Source: the human T2T-CHM13v2.0 reference genome, Homo sapiens. From it: DNA of 64,000 bases. Where the stretch lies: assembly GCF_009914755.1 (NCBI RefSeq), contig NC_060933.1; one strand, given 5' to 3'. The stretch's first letter is position 1; each line of letters begins with the position of its first letter. A program made the position numbers and the translations under genes. The notes beneath the pieces are model-generated. The model did no database searches. It was not told the DNA's origin and saw only the letters and a list, made by a program, of their open reading frames with translations. Shown here piece by piece: positions 20,191-41,451 of this stretch.

Positions 20191-20909
20191 ACAAAAAGAA
20201 ATTAGAAACCTTTTGTCTTGTATTTCCACAAAAGAGAAACATGCAGGACTAGAGCAGCTAACTGCTGGGCAATTCATGTATATTATCTCATTATTTTTTA
20301 AAACAACATTTAACAAGAATTACTACTGTTTCAAAGATGAACAAACTGAGCTTCACACGTTGCCTATGCTACTCAGCAAGAAAGCAGGAAGGCCAGGATG
20401 CTAACTTTCACTCATGTTTTTTCCACTGTACCATGCACCCATGCATTTCATTAGGGTCGCTTTCAGCAGGTATCCCTGCAACTGTCAGGATAGCCCAATT
20501 TATATAAGAAGCTCCCTCCATTATCAATAGTGCTGGCTCAAGCCTCAAGCCTGACACTGAAAAGGAGGCAAATTCTGATGGCTTTACTAGTGAATGGAAG
20601 CAGGGTTGCAAGTAGAAGCCTGAAAATGCTGTAGAAGTCTTTTACTTTATTCTCAGACTTCAAAGATGGTTCCTGCTACTTGAGGACTCTGATTCCCCCT
20701 TCCTTAGAACAATTTCAAGATAACAGAATTCTGAATGTAAAATCTGTGCTTTAAGTGGAAGCTAGAACCTATTGGCTCAATTTGGCAGAATAGCCATGGA
20801 AATCTGGCAGCTAAAATGAGAGAGAATTTTTTAAATGCATGTCTTTTTTCTTAATAATGTGATGTTCTTAAAAACAGAAAACTCAGAGATAATGAAAGAT
20901 ACCCTGTAA

Positions 20910-21621
<712 letters not shown>

Positions 21622-21769
21622 TGTAATTTTAAATTTTATATTTTTAAATTTTAAACTGCCAAGTCTGAAAAATTAACCTGCACATTATCAGTTTTAATAG
21701 GTATCAGATTACATTTTTAAGAGTTCCCATTTTCCCACACTCTCATCATCCCTAAAAATTATTTAATGT

Positions 21770-22710
<941 letters not shown>

Positions 22711-24974
22711 AACAGATGAAAAAGATCTTTAACACTGTATTTTCACTTTGAATCTTATTTTGCAGTTTTGATTTTCTTATGCTTACCAACAAAGCACATT
22801 CAATTTTGGTTCACAATGACTGTCGGCTCTCTTCAAAGAGAGAGGCTTATCTTTTCTTTCAGATCATATCTATGACAAATACTGGACCAAAATAAAACAA
22901 AAACAAAGTAGCTTCAGGTAAAGAGGCAAAGAGTGGTCCCGGTTGACCAAAGAGTACCCAGAAAGGGCCTCAGTTAGAACTGAGTTATTATAGCCTCAGC
23001 ATGCTAAGAATATGTGAGATATTTAGAAAAAAAAAGTTAATTTGTAAAACTATGTACAACTTTGAAGACAGTGACTTTAATCTAGGGTATCCCCCCACTA
23101 CTGATACGTTTGCCTAACACAGAAGGTTTTCTCTTTGGCAAGAGTTCAAAAAAGGAAGAGAAGAATTCCCATGTATTCCCTTGTTATCAAGCACTGAATT
23201 TAAGCAACCCCTTTCAGCTTTTTTTTAATAAAATAAAACAAATGTTTATTAAAAGTCTTTGTCTCATCTGAAAATGTTACTGCAATATTGCTCCCATGGA
23301 AAGAACAACTGCAGAACCTAACTAGCCTCAGAATTTCTTCTCATTCCTTCTTAGTCATTCATTAAAATCTCCAGACTTAGATATTCAAGCAATCCCTTCA
23401 CCCACCAGAGATAGTGGCAGACATCCAAGACTATCCAAGGACCCAACAACCGCCTTTGAATGCAACTATCTTTTCATCAACTGTAAACAAGTGCTAAACT
23501 CTCGGCTCCATAGGGAGTCCCTACCAAGTCAGTATAAACTCAAATAGGGGCAGAGGTCAAGGGGATGAGAGTTCACCCTAAGCTCTGGATCTCATACCAC
23601 CCCTACCCTGATCAAAACAATCCTTATCAGAAGGGAACTCCTCAGCAAAAGGCCACATTCAGAAGGCTTGATCTAGCAGCAATGCCACAGAATCAACTGA
23701 AGCTTTGGAAGCAGGCACTCGGAACTGTTATGAATGTGACATAGCAAAATCACTAACAGTGTTGCAGAGAAAAAGGGACATAAAGGGAGGAAACAAGGGA
23801 GATTTGTGAACTATCTTAAGTTGCTTCAGGAAAGAACTCACTTGAAAAATAGTGGAATAATCCTGAATCTGAGCCACAGAAGACAACTCGGGAACCTATT
23901 CCACAATGAATCATTCTACTTTGTGTCCAAAACCACCCTAATACACGCAGAAGAGGCCCAGATGACACTTCAAAAATAGTCTTCATTCTTTTACACAAAA
24001 ACCCTGATTATATATGTTATAAATCATTACACTGCCTTAAAGTCTTCCACCATCAGCATTTGAGATCTGTCACAATCAAGACAGCTAGAGACAGGATAGA
24101 AATTAATTATTTAATAAAGCAGGGGCTCTGAAGTCTCAGATACTTCACTAGGTACTTTGGGGTGAGTCATTTAATCTCTTCAGGCCTCATAGTTCTCATC
24201 TGTAAGATGGGGATTGTATCTTTTTAAACAAATCTTATGAATGCTTAATAAAAAATGCATGTGAAACATTCTGTGCATAGTAAATATTAGCTATCCTTAC
24301 TATTATGTGGTAAAAGCCACATCATATTTTGTGTCTGCCTTCCTGATTAAACCAGAGTCCTTTCTGGGCAAGAACTATGTCTCAGCTTGGCACCCAAAGT
24401 AGGGAGGGAGAAAAGAACAATAAGTGCGTTAAATGAACTAAGTATTACCAAGTCAAACTTAAAATCAGATCATTTTATATGCTATAATCCTTCTCACACT
24501 TACTGAATATACGCAAAGTGCCTGGCACACAAGGAATACCAAATACACAAGTAAATGGTAATTTCCTTTTCTTCCTTCATCTGTAACATTCAGTCTTAAG
24601 TTCACTCTCTGCAGACATTTGGGCTTATATAAACTACTTTCTGAGACCAAAAATTGTGACACATAGTTTGACAACTAGGAATAAATCCATTAGAACATGT
24701 GACAGAATACTGGAATTTTAGGGTACGCTAGCTGAGATGTACACATTTCTCTTTTGTAGCTGGAAGAATCCACAAAAAAATATCTTTGGGATCCCAAGTC
24801 ACGTGACAGTTGAATGCAAAGCCAGAGCAAGTTCGTGGTGCCAGGCTTTCTTTTTATCTTGCCTATTTTTTATCTTGTTTTTTTCATCTTGCCTGTTCAT
24901 CCCACCAACACATGTAGAACTCTCCTTGGTGGGCATCTACCAATATGGCAAGATATACCAAAATTTAATTTACG

Positions 24975-25237
24975 TTTTTTCTGAGACAGGGTCTCACTCC
25001 CGACACCCAGGCTAGAATGCAGTGGTGCAATCTCTTGGTTCAGTGCAGCCTCAACCTCCAGGGCCTCAGGTGATCCTCCCACCTCAGCCTCCCAAGTAAC
25101 TGGGACTACAGGTACACGCCTAGAGTCGGGGTTTCATCATGTTGTCCAGGCTGGTCTCAAACTCCTAGGCTCAAAATAATCTGTCCACCTTGGCCTCCCA
25201 AAGTGCTAGGATTACAGGTGTGACCCACCACACCCAG
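24975..25237 (-). mobile_element. AluJ-like element with internal deletion, followed by TA-rich low-complexity tract (25265-25375)
   Basis: Alu consensus in reverse. Confidence 0.9.
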
Positions 25238-25737
25238 CACTTAACTTTCAAGTCTCTTTTAAAATACTCATATAAATATATATACATACACACTATATTA
25301 CATATAGTGACATATACTATATATTAATACATACTATTTATTATACACATTATATATATGCTATATCATTTATATAGGTCCTTGATCATTAGAATATACT
25401 TTATTTTTTAAAGTCTGAGTAAACAGGAATCCATGGTAATAGTCAGATTTTAAATTCTACAAACTTTTTCTTCAGTATGCTTTCTGTAAGACCTTGCTAT
25501 TGACCAAAAAGAAAGTGTGTAATTCGAGTATCTGTTTTAAATAAGCAGAAGGTTAACATGTTCAGTCTCCTAAGAGGTTAAATGTGTTGGCAGATGGTCA
25601 TTTGGGAGGTTACCTGCTATTGGCTGGGGAAGAGGACCAAAACACCCTAACAGTCACTGAGATGGTAAAGAAGTCCCGACCAAAAGAGTCAGCAGCATAT
25701 GAGCTCTTCTATTCCTGTGACTGAACTATTTAATTGA

Positions 25738-25778
25738 GTCTATGGTCATACACTCTGAACACGCCCAATCTCATCTGA
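25738..25778 (+). pseudogene. 3'-truncated (tailless) 5S rRNA retropseudogene, first ~41 nt
   Basis: gtctatggtcatacactctgaacacgcccaatctcatctga versus 5S GTCTACGGCCATACCACCCTGAACGCGCCCGATCTCGTCTGA, differences mostly CpG transitions. TSD ctgaactattta(a/c)ttga at 25721-25737 and 25775-25791. Confidence 0.9.
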
Positions 25779-26179
25779 ACTATTTACTTGAAGCAGTAAC
25801 TTACACCTGCCAACACCTTTGTGTCATTAAGAAACACAGGCCAGCTTAATTGAATAAAACAGTTTCAACAGCCCATTAGTGCAGAAAGACTGAGAATTTC
25901 AACATTATACTACATAGCCTAGAACAGTATACACTTAATAGTATTTACCATTTGTCAAGCACTATTCCAAACTTTAAATATATTACATTCACTTAATCCT
26001 CACAGCAACCCAATAAAATAAAAATACATTTTACTGTCCTCATTTCATAGATGAGAAAAGGAAGGCAGAGAGTTTAAGTAATTTAACCAAGATTACAGTG
26101 AAGCCAAGTTGAATCCAAGCAATCTTGAGCCAGAGTCTATGTTCTTAATTATAAGAGCAGCTTTGGCTTGCATAAAAAA

Positions 26180-26620
26180 ACTAAAGCACTCATTCGAAAT
26201 GCAGACAAAAAATTTATACACAAACGTGTTCACTGTGGCATTATTTATGATGCAGAAAAAACTGAAAATCTAAATGCTCAACAATAGGAGGATGGTTAAA
26301 TAAATCATGATAAAGCTATTTACTTATTTAATGAAATATCCTTCCGTTAAAAACATTTGTGAAAATCGTTTCATGACTTGGGACAATGTTCCCAATGTAA
26401 TACAGAGTGGGGGAAAACAAACAGGATACAAAAATTGCATATATAGTATAGATTCCTAATTATGTAAAAGATGAGCTCGGACACAACCTGGAAGGACATA
26501 CTCTCAAACGTGAAGCAATGGTTATTTCTAGGTGGTGGGATTAGAGATGCTTCTATTTTCTTTTAGTGTTTTCCATAGTGAACCATACATTATTCTACTA
26601 CCAGTTTAAACAAAAACAAT
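26180..26620 (+). mobile_element. L1ME-like 3' end, preceded by a minus-strand MIR (~25935-26150)
   Basis: tgttcactgtggcattattt..aacaataggaggatggttaaataaat..gttatttctaggtggtgggatta. Confidence 0.7.
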
Positions 26621-27426
26621 GTTTTTTTCTTTTAATCAAGCTACACCAAGATCCTCAACCAGCTGGTAAAAAAAGAGAAAAAAAAAAACCACACAGCTAA
26701 AAAGCTTCTAATATGTCTAACTTCAAGCAGGTACTTTCCTTGGGATTATATCCTTTGAACATCAGACAACATAGCACATACCAAAAAAAAAAAAAAATTC
26801 AATCTTCAACTTTGGAAACTGAATTAAAGTAAGTACTTTCAATTTTGGTCAATGTTTACTCTCAGTGTAATTACTTGTAGGATTATGTTACAAGAGGAGA
26901 AATGGACTTCATTATATGTAAGCCAAAAATTCAGGAACAGTATTTCTGAAATAGATAATAAGAGACAAAAAGTTTGGCGAGGAAGAACAGCTGTTGCTAA
27001 TCCAACTATTTACCCTTTGACCCTCTATCTGGCCAGTAACCGAACACTATCAACTGTTTCCCTTTATTATGTGCTGTTTACAATCCCTGAGAGGCATGAA
27101 AGGAATTAATAATTTAGCCTAGAAAGCTGACAGCCTTTATTGGGAAGCCCCTTGTCTATGGGACAGAAATCAGAGCAAGTCCTGAAGTCACAGGTCCCTT
27201 TACTGTTCCTGTTTTATAGCCTAACTGGCCCCCAAACATAAATCAATTATTTCTCCTGTTTTAAGCAACAATGACTTCTATTCTCTAACTTCCCTTGTAT
27301 CAAGTCGGTCCTTGTTCTCTTGAGTTTTACAGCTACACGGTAAACACGACGGCCGAGGAAAAAACTCGGGGAGCAGGGCAGACAGGGGTTATTTGGAAAC
27401 AGAAGCACAGAAAGGTTATGCTGTTT

Positions 27427-27454
27427 TGAACTTCTCTTGACCTTTGACTGCCCT
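27427..27454 (-). promoter_or_regulatory. Composite nuclear receptor element: AGGGCA-N5-AGGTCA-N5-AGTTCA (double DR5 RARE) with overlapping DR1
   Basis: Plus strand TGAACT tctct TGACCT ttgac TGCCCT. The AGGTCA-agaga-AGTTCA pair fits RGKTCA(N5)RGKTCA exactly. Function is inferred. Confidence 0.6.
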
Positions 27455-28021
27455 TGTCCCTAGCTTATGCTAATGGACATGGTACAGGGACACTTCTTGT
27501 AGAAATGAACTTAGCCTGAACCTGTGCCATAACATTGGACTCCAGGAAGTCCAGGAATCATAGGAAGGCAGCCAGAGTGTGAACAGCTGCCCATATTCTG
27601 AGCATGGCTGCCCATCTGCTTTATCACACTAAAGGTATTTAAAAAAAAAGAAAAAAAAAAAGCCAAGCCATTTAATTGGACAAAGTCAGTCTTTCCTCAA
27701 CTAGTTCCCACATGACACCTGCTGTCCCAAACCTGCTGCCTACAACCACTGCCATGCACAACTGGAAATTAGCAACGAAGTATTTCCTGTTCCAAAATAA
27801 GGGAGTGTGAGCAGGCTTTCCTATCAGGAATCTGGGGAATGGGGGGCAATATTTGGGCCTCCAAATTCCAAAGATACAACACAAGGAAATCTGTAATATC
27901 CTCAAAAGTCATGCGGGGCTCGGCCTGGTAATCCCAGCACTTTGGGAGACCAAGGCAGGAGGATCACTTGAGCCCAGGAGTTTGAGACCAGCCTGGAGAG
28001 CATGGCAAAAATTCGTCTCTA

Positions 28022-31667
<3,646 letters not shown>

Positions 31668-32042
31668 AAAAAAAATACAAAAGTTAGCCAGGCATGTGGT
31701 GTGCACATGTAGTCACAGCTACTCAGGAAACTGAGGTGGAAGGATCACCTGAGCCCATGAGGTCAAGACTGCAGTGAGCCATGACTATGCCACTGCACTA
31801 CAGCTTGGACAAAAGAGTAAGACCCTGTCTCAAAAAAAATTAAATTAAATAAACAAAAGTCAAATGGAATTAACATAGGAGATGTTATTCTTTCCCAGTC
31901 AGAATTCCCAGAATATGCAGTATCAAAAACCACAGCCAATTTAACACAACACACATAGCCCATCTCAGTCTTGATGCTTCCTATCACTTGGTAGGGCTGA
32001 ACATGCTCATTTGAACCCCAAAACTGGTACAAACTGAAATAA

Positions 32043-32798
<756 letters not shown>

Positions 32799-33336
32799 TA
32801 GTCTTTTTTTTTTTTTTTTTTGGTGACTCCTATTCTATACTGATGTATAAAATTATGTCTCAATGTCTGTTCATTCTCATGGAATAGAGAGGTCTATAAA
32901 TTGCCATATCTAGCTAGGAATTTTATGAAGAAATGTTTAATGAGCTGGTATTACTTAACCCAGAAAGAAGAATTCAACAATAATTTTTCTGAGAATATCA
33001 AGGACCTTTCTCAGAAAATGGGCATTAACCATTTTCAATTGCTACTAGGTGCAGAAAAAGAGAATACATTTGGGTACTAAATGCTAAACTAGAGGTTTAT
33101 AAAATGTCCTTTCAAATATTTCCTAACACACTGATAACATACAAGAACAAGAGCTATACTTATTTATCTGTGTATCCCTAGAGTCTAGAGAACTGGGTGT
33201 GGAGCAGAGAGAACACTCAGTGCTTAACAAACTGAGTTATCAACTATCTAGCATGTTTTATGTGTAGTTGTCTGAAAGGTTACAGGGCATCTCAATGTCC
33301 TTCCTAGTGTTCAAAAATGCTTCTAAGAAAGGACCA

Positions 33337-33666
<330 letters not shown>

Positions 33667-33716
33667 TTATCTTTTCCTCCCCTAAGCAAAGGCTACTCAT
33701 AAGAGAACAGAAAACA

Positions 33717-34198
33717 CAGCTGGACCTCGAATAACACGTTTCAACTACACAGGTCCACTTCTACGCAGACTTTTTTCAATAAAAGTTATACCAGGTGTGC
33801 CTGCCTCTCCTGCCTCCCCTTTCACCTCCTCTACCTCTTTCACCTCTGCCACTCAAGAGCAAGACCAACCCCTCTTTCTCCTCCTTCAGCATGAAGGTGG
33901 TGAGGATGAAGACCTTAACGATGATTCACTTCTATTAATGAAGAGTAAATATATTTTGTCTTCCTTATGACTTTCTTAACAACATGTTCTCTTCTCTAGT
34001 GTACTTTATTGTAACAATATAGAATATAATACATATAACATACAAAATTATGTTAATCTACTGATTATGTTATCGGCCAGGCTTCTAGTCAACAGTAAGT
34101 TATTAATAAAGTTTTTGAGGAGTCAAAAGTTATAAGTGGACTTTCAACTGTGCAGGGGGTTGTCATCCCTAACCCCCACATTGTTTAAGGGTCAACCG
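33717..34198 (+). mobile_element. Tigger2a-like (TcMar-Tigger) non-autonomous DNA transposon
   Basis: Degenerate TIRs cagctggacctcgaataac and ttgtttaagggtcaaccg followed by TA; internal gatgaagacctt..gatgat and ggcttctagtcaacagta motifs. Confidence 0.85.
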
Positions 34199-34932
34199 TA
34201 CTATATACACCTATAGCTGCTGGTATACTGGGGCTATACTATCTAATACAAAACTGATTCTGAAATTTACAACTTTTAAAAAGACAAATATATTTCCCTG
34301 GTGTTTGATAAGCATCATGAGAACTATTTTGCCTAAAAATTAATAAGTATTAGTTGCAACATGGACATTTATACTAATAAGGAGGGCAGAGGCGAATATG
34401 TGAGAAGGTCCACCACCTCAGAGCTTGAATCAGCTTCACGATGATGGAAAGGTAAGCTTTATCACTGATCTCAACAGCAGACTGGTGGCAAAGAGCCAGC
34501 CGTAACAAAGTACTACAATCAGAAAAATAACTCTAGACCATCTCATGGAATCTCAATCTAAATTATCATTTGACCTTTCGGCATTATAGCAAAATAAGGT
34601 CTGTATACACTGGATACTCCCATGTCCTATTTCTAACCATTATGACTATGTGTCCCAGAATGGTGCACGCCACCACATTTAGGAAGAACTGGAAATGCAA
34701 ATGATTATCTATGATGAAGACTCACATAGTCCTGAAAAGCATCATTTAATTAGACCTTGAAATGGTAACTCTCATATCTTAACCATAAGACCGTAAATGA
34801 AAATTAAACTGTACTACAAAGGTTATCAATTATAATTTCTAAACTAAGCAAAATGCTTCTTTTAAAGAAATTATTTCAAAACTATCAATACTTTAGAAGT
34901 GTTTGTGAGTATACAGTTGTCCATGTGCATAA

Positions 34933-35311
<379 letters not shown>

Positions 35312-35555
35312 TAAACAGAAATTTTCAGCAAACCAACTTTCTATTAAACAGATAGATCCTGGCCACTGAATAATATCAGAAGAAAGCATAACTAGAAAAG
35401 ACAGAGTGCCCTTCCTATAATTACAAATTAAAGTGAAATAAAATCTGAGAGTCAATAAAGTAAGGCTTATCAATGACACCTTAAGTTATTCACTTAAAAG
35501 TGTACACACACATCCTTTTCTTACCAAAGAATATTGGGTAACATTGAGAACTTAC

Positions 35556-35597
35556 TAGTGCCTGGGTCAAGCTCTGCCAATTCATCCTGACAGAAAC
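35556..35597 (-). CDS. NR6A1: NR6A1 (germ cell nuclear factor, GCNF) coding exon 2, 42 nt, phase 1-1
   Basis: Minus strand reads ttttcctattgttttctctttag|GTTTCTGTCAGGATGAATTGGCAGAGCTTGACCCAGGCACTA|gtaagt and translates (G)FCQDELAELDPGT(I). This matches the recalled NR6A1 N-terminus PPPPRNGFCQDELAELDPGTISV. Canonical AG/GT sites and a long polypyrimidine tract. Confidence 0.97.
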
Positions 35598-35694
35598 CTA
35601 AAGAGAAAACAATAGGAAAAAAAATTACAATTTGTGAATTACTTCAAGCTGACTCCAAATATGAAGTATCATACAGTTGGGGGGAAATCTATAC

Positions 35695-35885
35695 TCAGAA
35701 GTCAATTTGGGTTTCAATCCTAGCTCTAACATTTAGCTACTACATATCCCTCTGAGCCTCCATTTCATCCCTTCAATATAAAAACAGATAATAGCATTTA
35801 CCACAGAATTGTAATGAGGATTAAACAAGTTACCAAAATAAAATGCTTACCATAGGCCTTGCCACACAGTAGGAGCTCAATATAC
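35695..35885 (+). mobile_element. MIR SINE
   Basis: gggtttcaatcctagctct..ctctgagcctccatttc..gtaatgaggattaaa..cacacagtaggagctcaata. Confidence 0.75.
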
Positions 35886-36582
35886 AACAGCACAAGTAAT
35901 TATGAGTTATCATGGCAATGTCCGTTGGAATAAAAATTCACAGGAAAATTACAATTCATTTAATACCTGTCATATTCTATTTAACACTGCTAATTCTTTT
36001 CCAAAAGAAAGCAAAGTATGTAAAATATTAACAACAATATCAGACAGTGTAATATCATGTAAATTTTTCACAAATGCTGAAGAATTTTACCTACACAAAC
36101 AAATGAAAGCAATTTTTCCATTAATAAGTATGCTATTCAGGTTGGAATAAATACCTCTCAGAGCACACTTCACATTTCATATGCTCAGACCCAAAAAGTA
36201 TGAGCTATATTTGTCTGGCTGGTATATAACTAACACACTGGAGAGATAAATCAAGCACAAGGAATGGCAAACATAGTACGTCCTCTATACATCGTTGATG
36301 AAAGGTTTTGTTTTTCCTGAAATGGCTGCATACTTTCTTCTGTTTGCTTTCTACTCTTCCTCAGTTTAAATATTTCCTCAGAAAAGTTTTCTCTTGCCTC
36401 TTTCACCCTTGTCTCACACACAAGGTCAAATTCCTGTTTATAATTATCTCTAACACCTGTGCTTGCTTCTAGCACTCATCAACAAGGAACTACTTGTTCA
36501 GCGTCTGACCACAATGAGACTGTTCCATGAGGGCGGGGATCCGACCTGCCTTGTTTTACAGCTTTAACCCCATTACCTCTCA

Positions 36583-36969
<387 letters not shown>

Positions 36970-37095
36970 TTAGGACTAGAGGGGTATGAAAGTAACTTCT
37001 GTCAAAACTGGGTGACCAAAAGCCAGACCAACAACTAGCCGTCATATGGGAGAAATGAGATTCATGCAGCAGGCCAACTGCTTAAACACTACGAC

Positions 37096-37369
37096 TTTGT
37101 TTTTGTTTGATACGGAGTTTTGCTCTATCGCCCAGGCTAGAGTGCAGTGATGCAATCTCAGCTCACTGCAACCTCCGCGCCTCCTGGTTTCAAGCGATTC
37201 TCCTGCCTCAGTCTCCTGAGCAGCTGGGATTACAGGCACCTGCCACCATGCCCAGCTAATTTTTGTATTTCTAGTAGAGACAGGTTTCATCCTGTTGGCC
37301 AGGCTGGTCTCAAACTCCTGACCTCAAGTGATCTGACCACCTTCGCCTCCCAAAGTGCTGGGATTACAG
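37096..37369 (-). mobile_element. AluS, 5'-truncated
   Basis: Alu consensus in reverse ending at gggattacag. Confidence 0.93.
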
Positions 37370-37952
37370 AAAGCCCAGCTTAAACATCACAACTTTTAAA
37401 GTCCTTTGCAATTCTGGGCTGTTCTGACCACACCAAACATGCCACATTCTTTCTTGCCTTTCTGTGAGTCCTCCTCCTCCTCCATTTGGTAAAAATGACT
37501 CATCCTTTAAGATTCAGTTCCAATATCACAACAATGAAATATGGAAAACAAAAGAGGCCTCACCAGCATTCACCAAACAATAAAGGAATAGTTTAAATAC
37601 CTGCTTCTTCCACTAGACAGTGAAATCTTCAAGGCTAGGGACTGACTGTGCCTTATCCATCTGCAGAGCTGCTTCTGGCCAGAACAGTTGTGGACACATT
37701 ATGGAAGGTGCTGAAATGCAGGATCAACTAAACAGAACACACAACCCTGCCTCTAGATCAGTCTAGGGAAGAAAGTCATAGAATCAGGAAATCTTAAGTC
37801 TAGTCTGAATAGTGTGTGTAAAGTCTAAATGAGGAGACTGGATCTGAAATACCAGAATTTAGAAGCTGCTTAAAGTGGCTGATCTCAGACCAGCTTTAAA
37901 CCCCTCTACATAAAGGCAATGGGAATCAGAAAAGCCATGGAGAGATGCCAGG

Positions 37953-38246
37953 TGTCTTAGTCCATTCAGACTGCTATAATAAAATATCATAAAGTAAGTC
38001 TCACAGTTCTGGAGCCGTGAAGTCCAAGATCAAGATGCTGGTAGATTTGGTGTCTAGTGAGAGCCCATTTTATGGTTCACAGATGGTACCTTATCACTGT
38101 TCTCACATGGTAGAATGAGCTCTTTAGGGTCTCTCTTATAATGGAACAATCACCTCCCAAAAGGCCCCCATGCTAATACCATCACCTTGGAGGTTAGGAT
38201 TTCAATATGTGAATTCAGGGGGATCACAAACATTCAGACCATAGTA
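37953..38246 (-). mobile_element. MaLR solo LTR (MLT1A-like)
   Basis: tgtcttagtccattcagactgctataa..aacattcagaccatagta, flanked by a perfect 5-bp TSD ccagg (37948-37952, 38247-38251). Confidence 0.88.
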
Positions 38247-38784
38247 CCAGGCAATGAGAAAATAATTCATCACTACACACGGATTGAATGTTGAACATCA
38301 TGCCAGAAGTGAAACTGAGAATAAGCATTCACTTCATGTAAATTGACTCAAAAACGGGACAAAAGTACAGGAAAGCAGGCTGGTACAATGGGAAGGTTAG
38401 ACCTCTCCTAGGTTCTAACTCAAGCCACCTTTAGTTATATGACTCCCTATTCTGGGCCTCAGACTACTTTGGACATTAAATGAACGGACTATACTAGAAG
38501 TCTCAAAAAAGGACAAAGCCTAATGTACCTTCTGAAAGTGCCCATTGTTGTGAACTCAAGTAAATGATCAAACAAAAATAGAGGGTGACTCAAAAACAAA
38601 GAAAATACTAAGTAAAATATTTAAGATGGACATCTATTGCTTTTATCTGCCTAGCAACCACTCCCCACTTCTGTTAATGGCACCCTGATTTTTCTTTGCA
38701 GACTTCTATTCAAAGGCCACATGATCCAAGGAGAATTGACCCTAACTTTGTTGTAAATTGGGATCAACAACAGCACCTACCTTA

Positions 38785-41451
<2,667 letters not shown>

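Noticed and set aside
20015-20242. 75-aa ORF as a stand-alone gene
   Set aside because: Only the 45-nt splice-bounded part matches NR6A1; the rest is MIR/intron and the start codon is not ATG.
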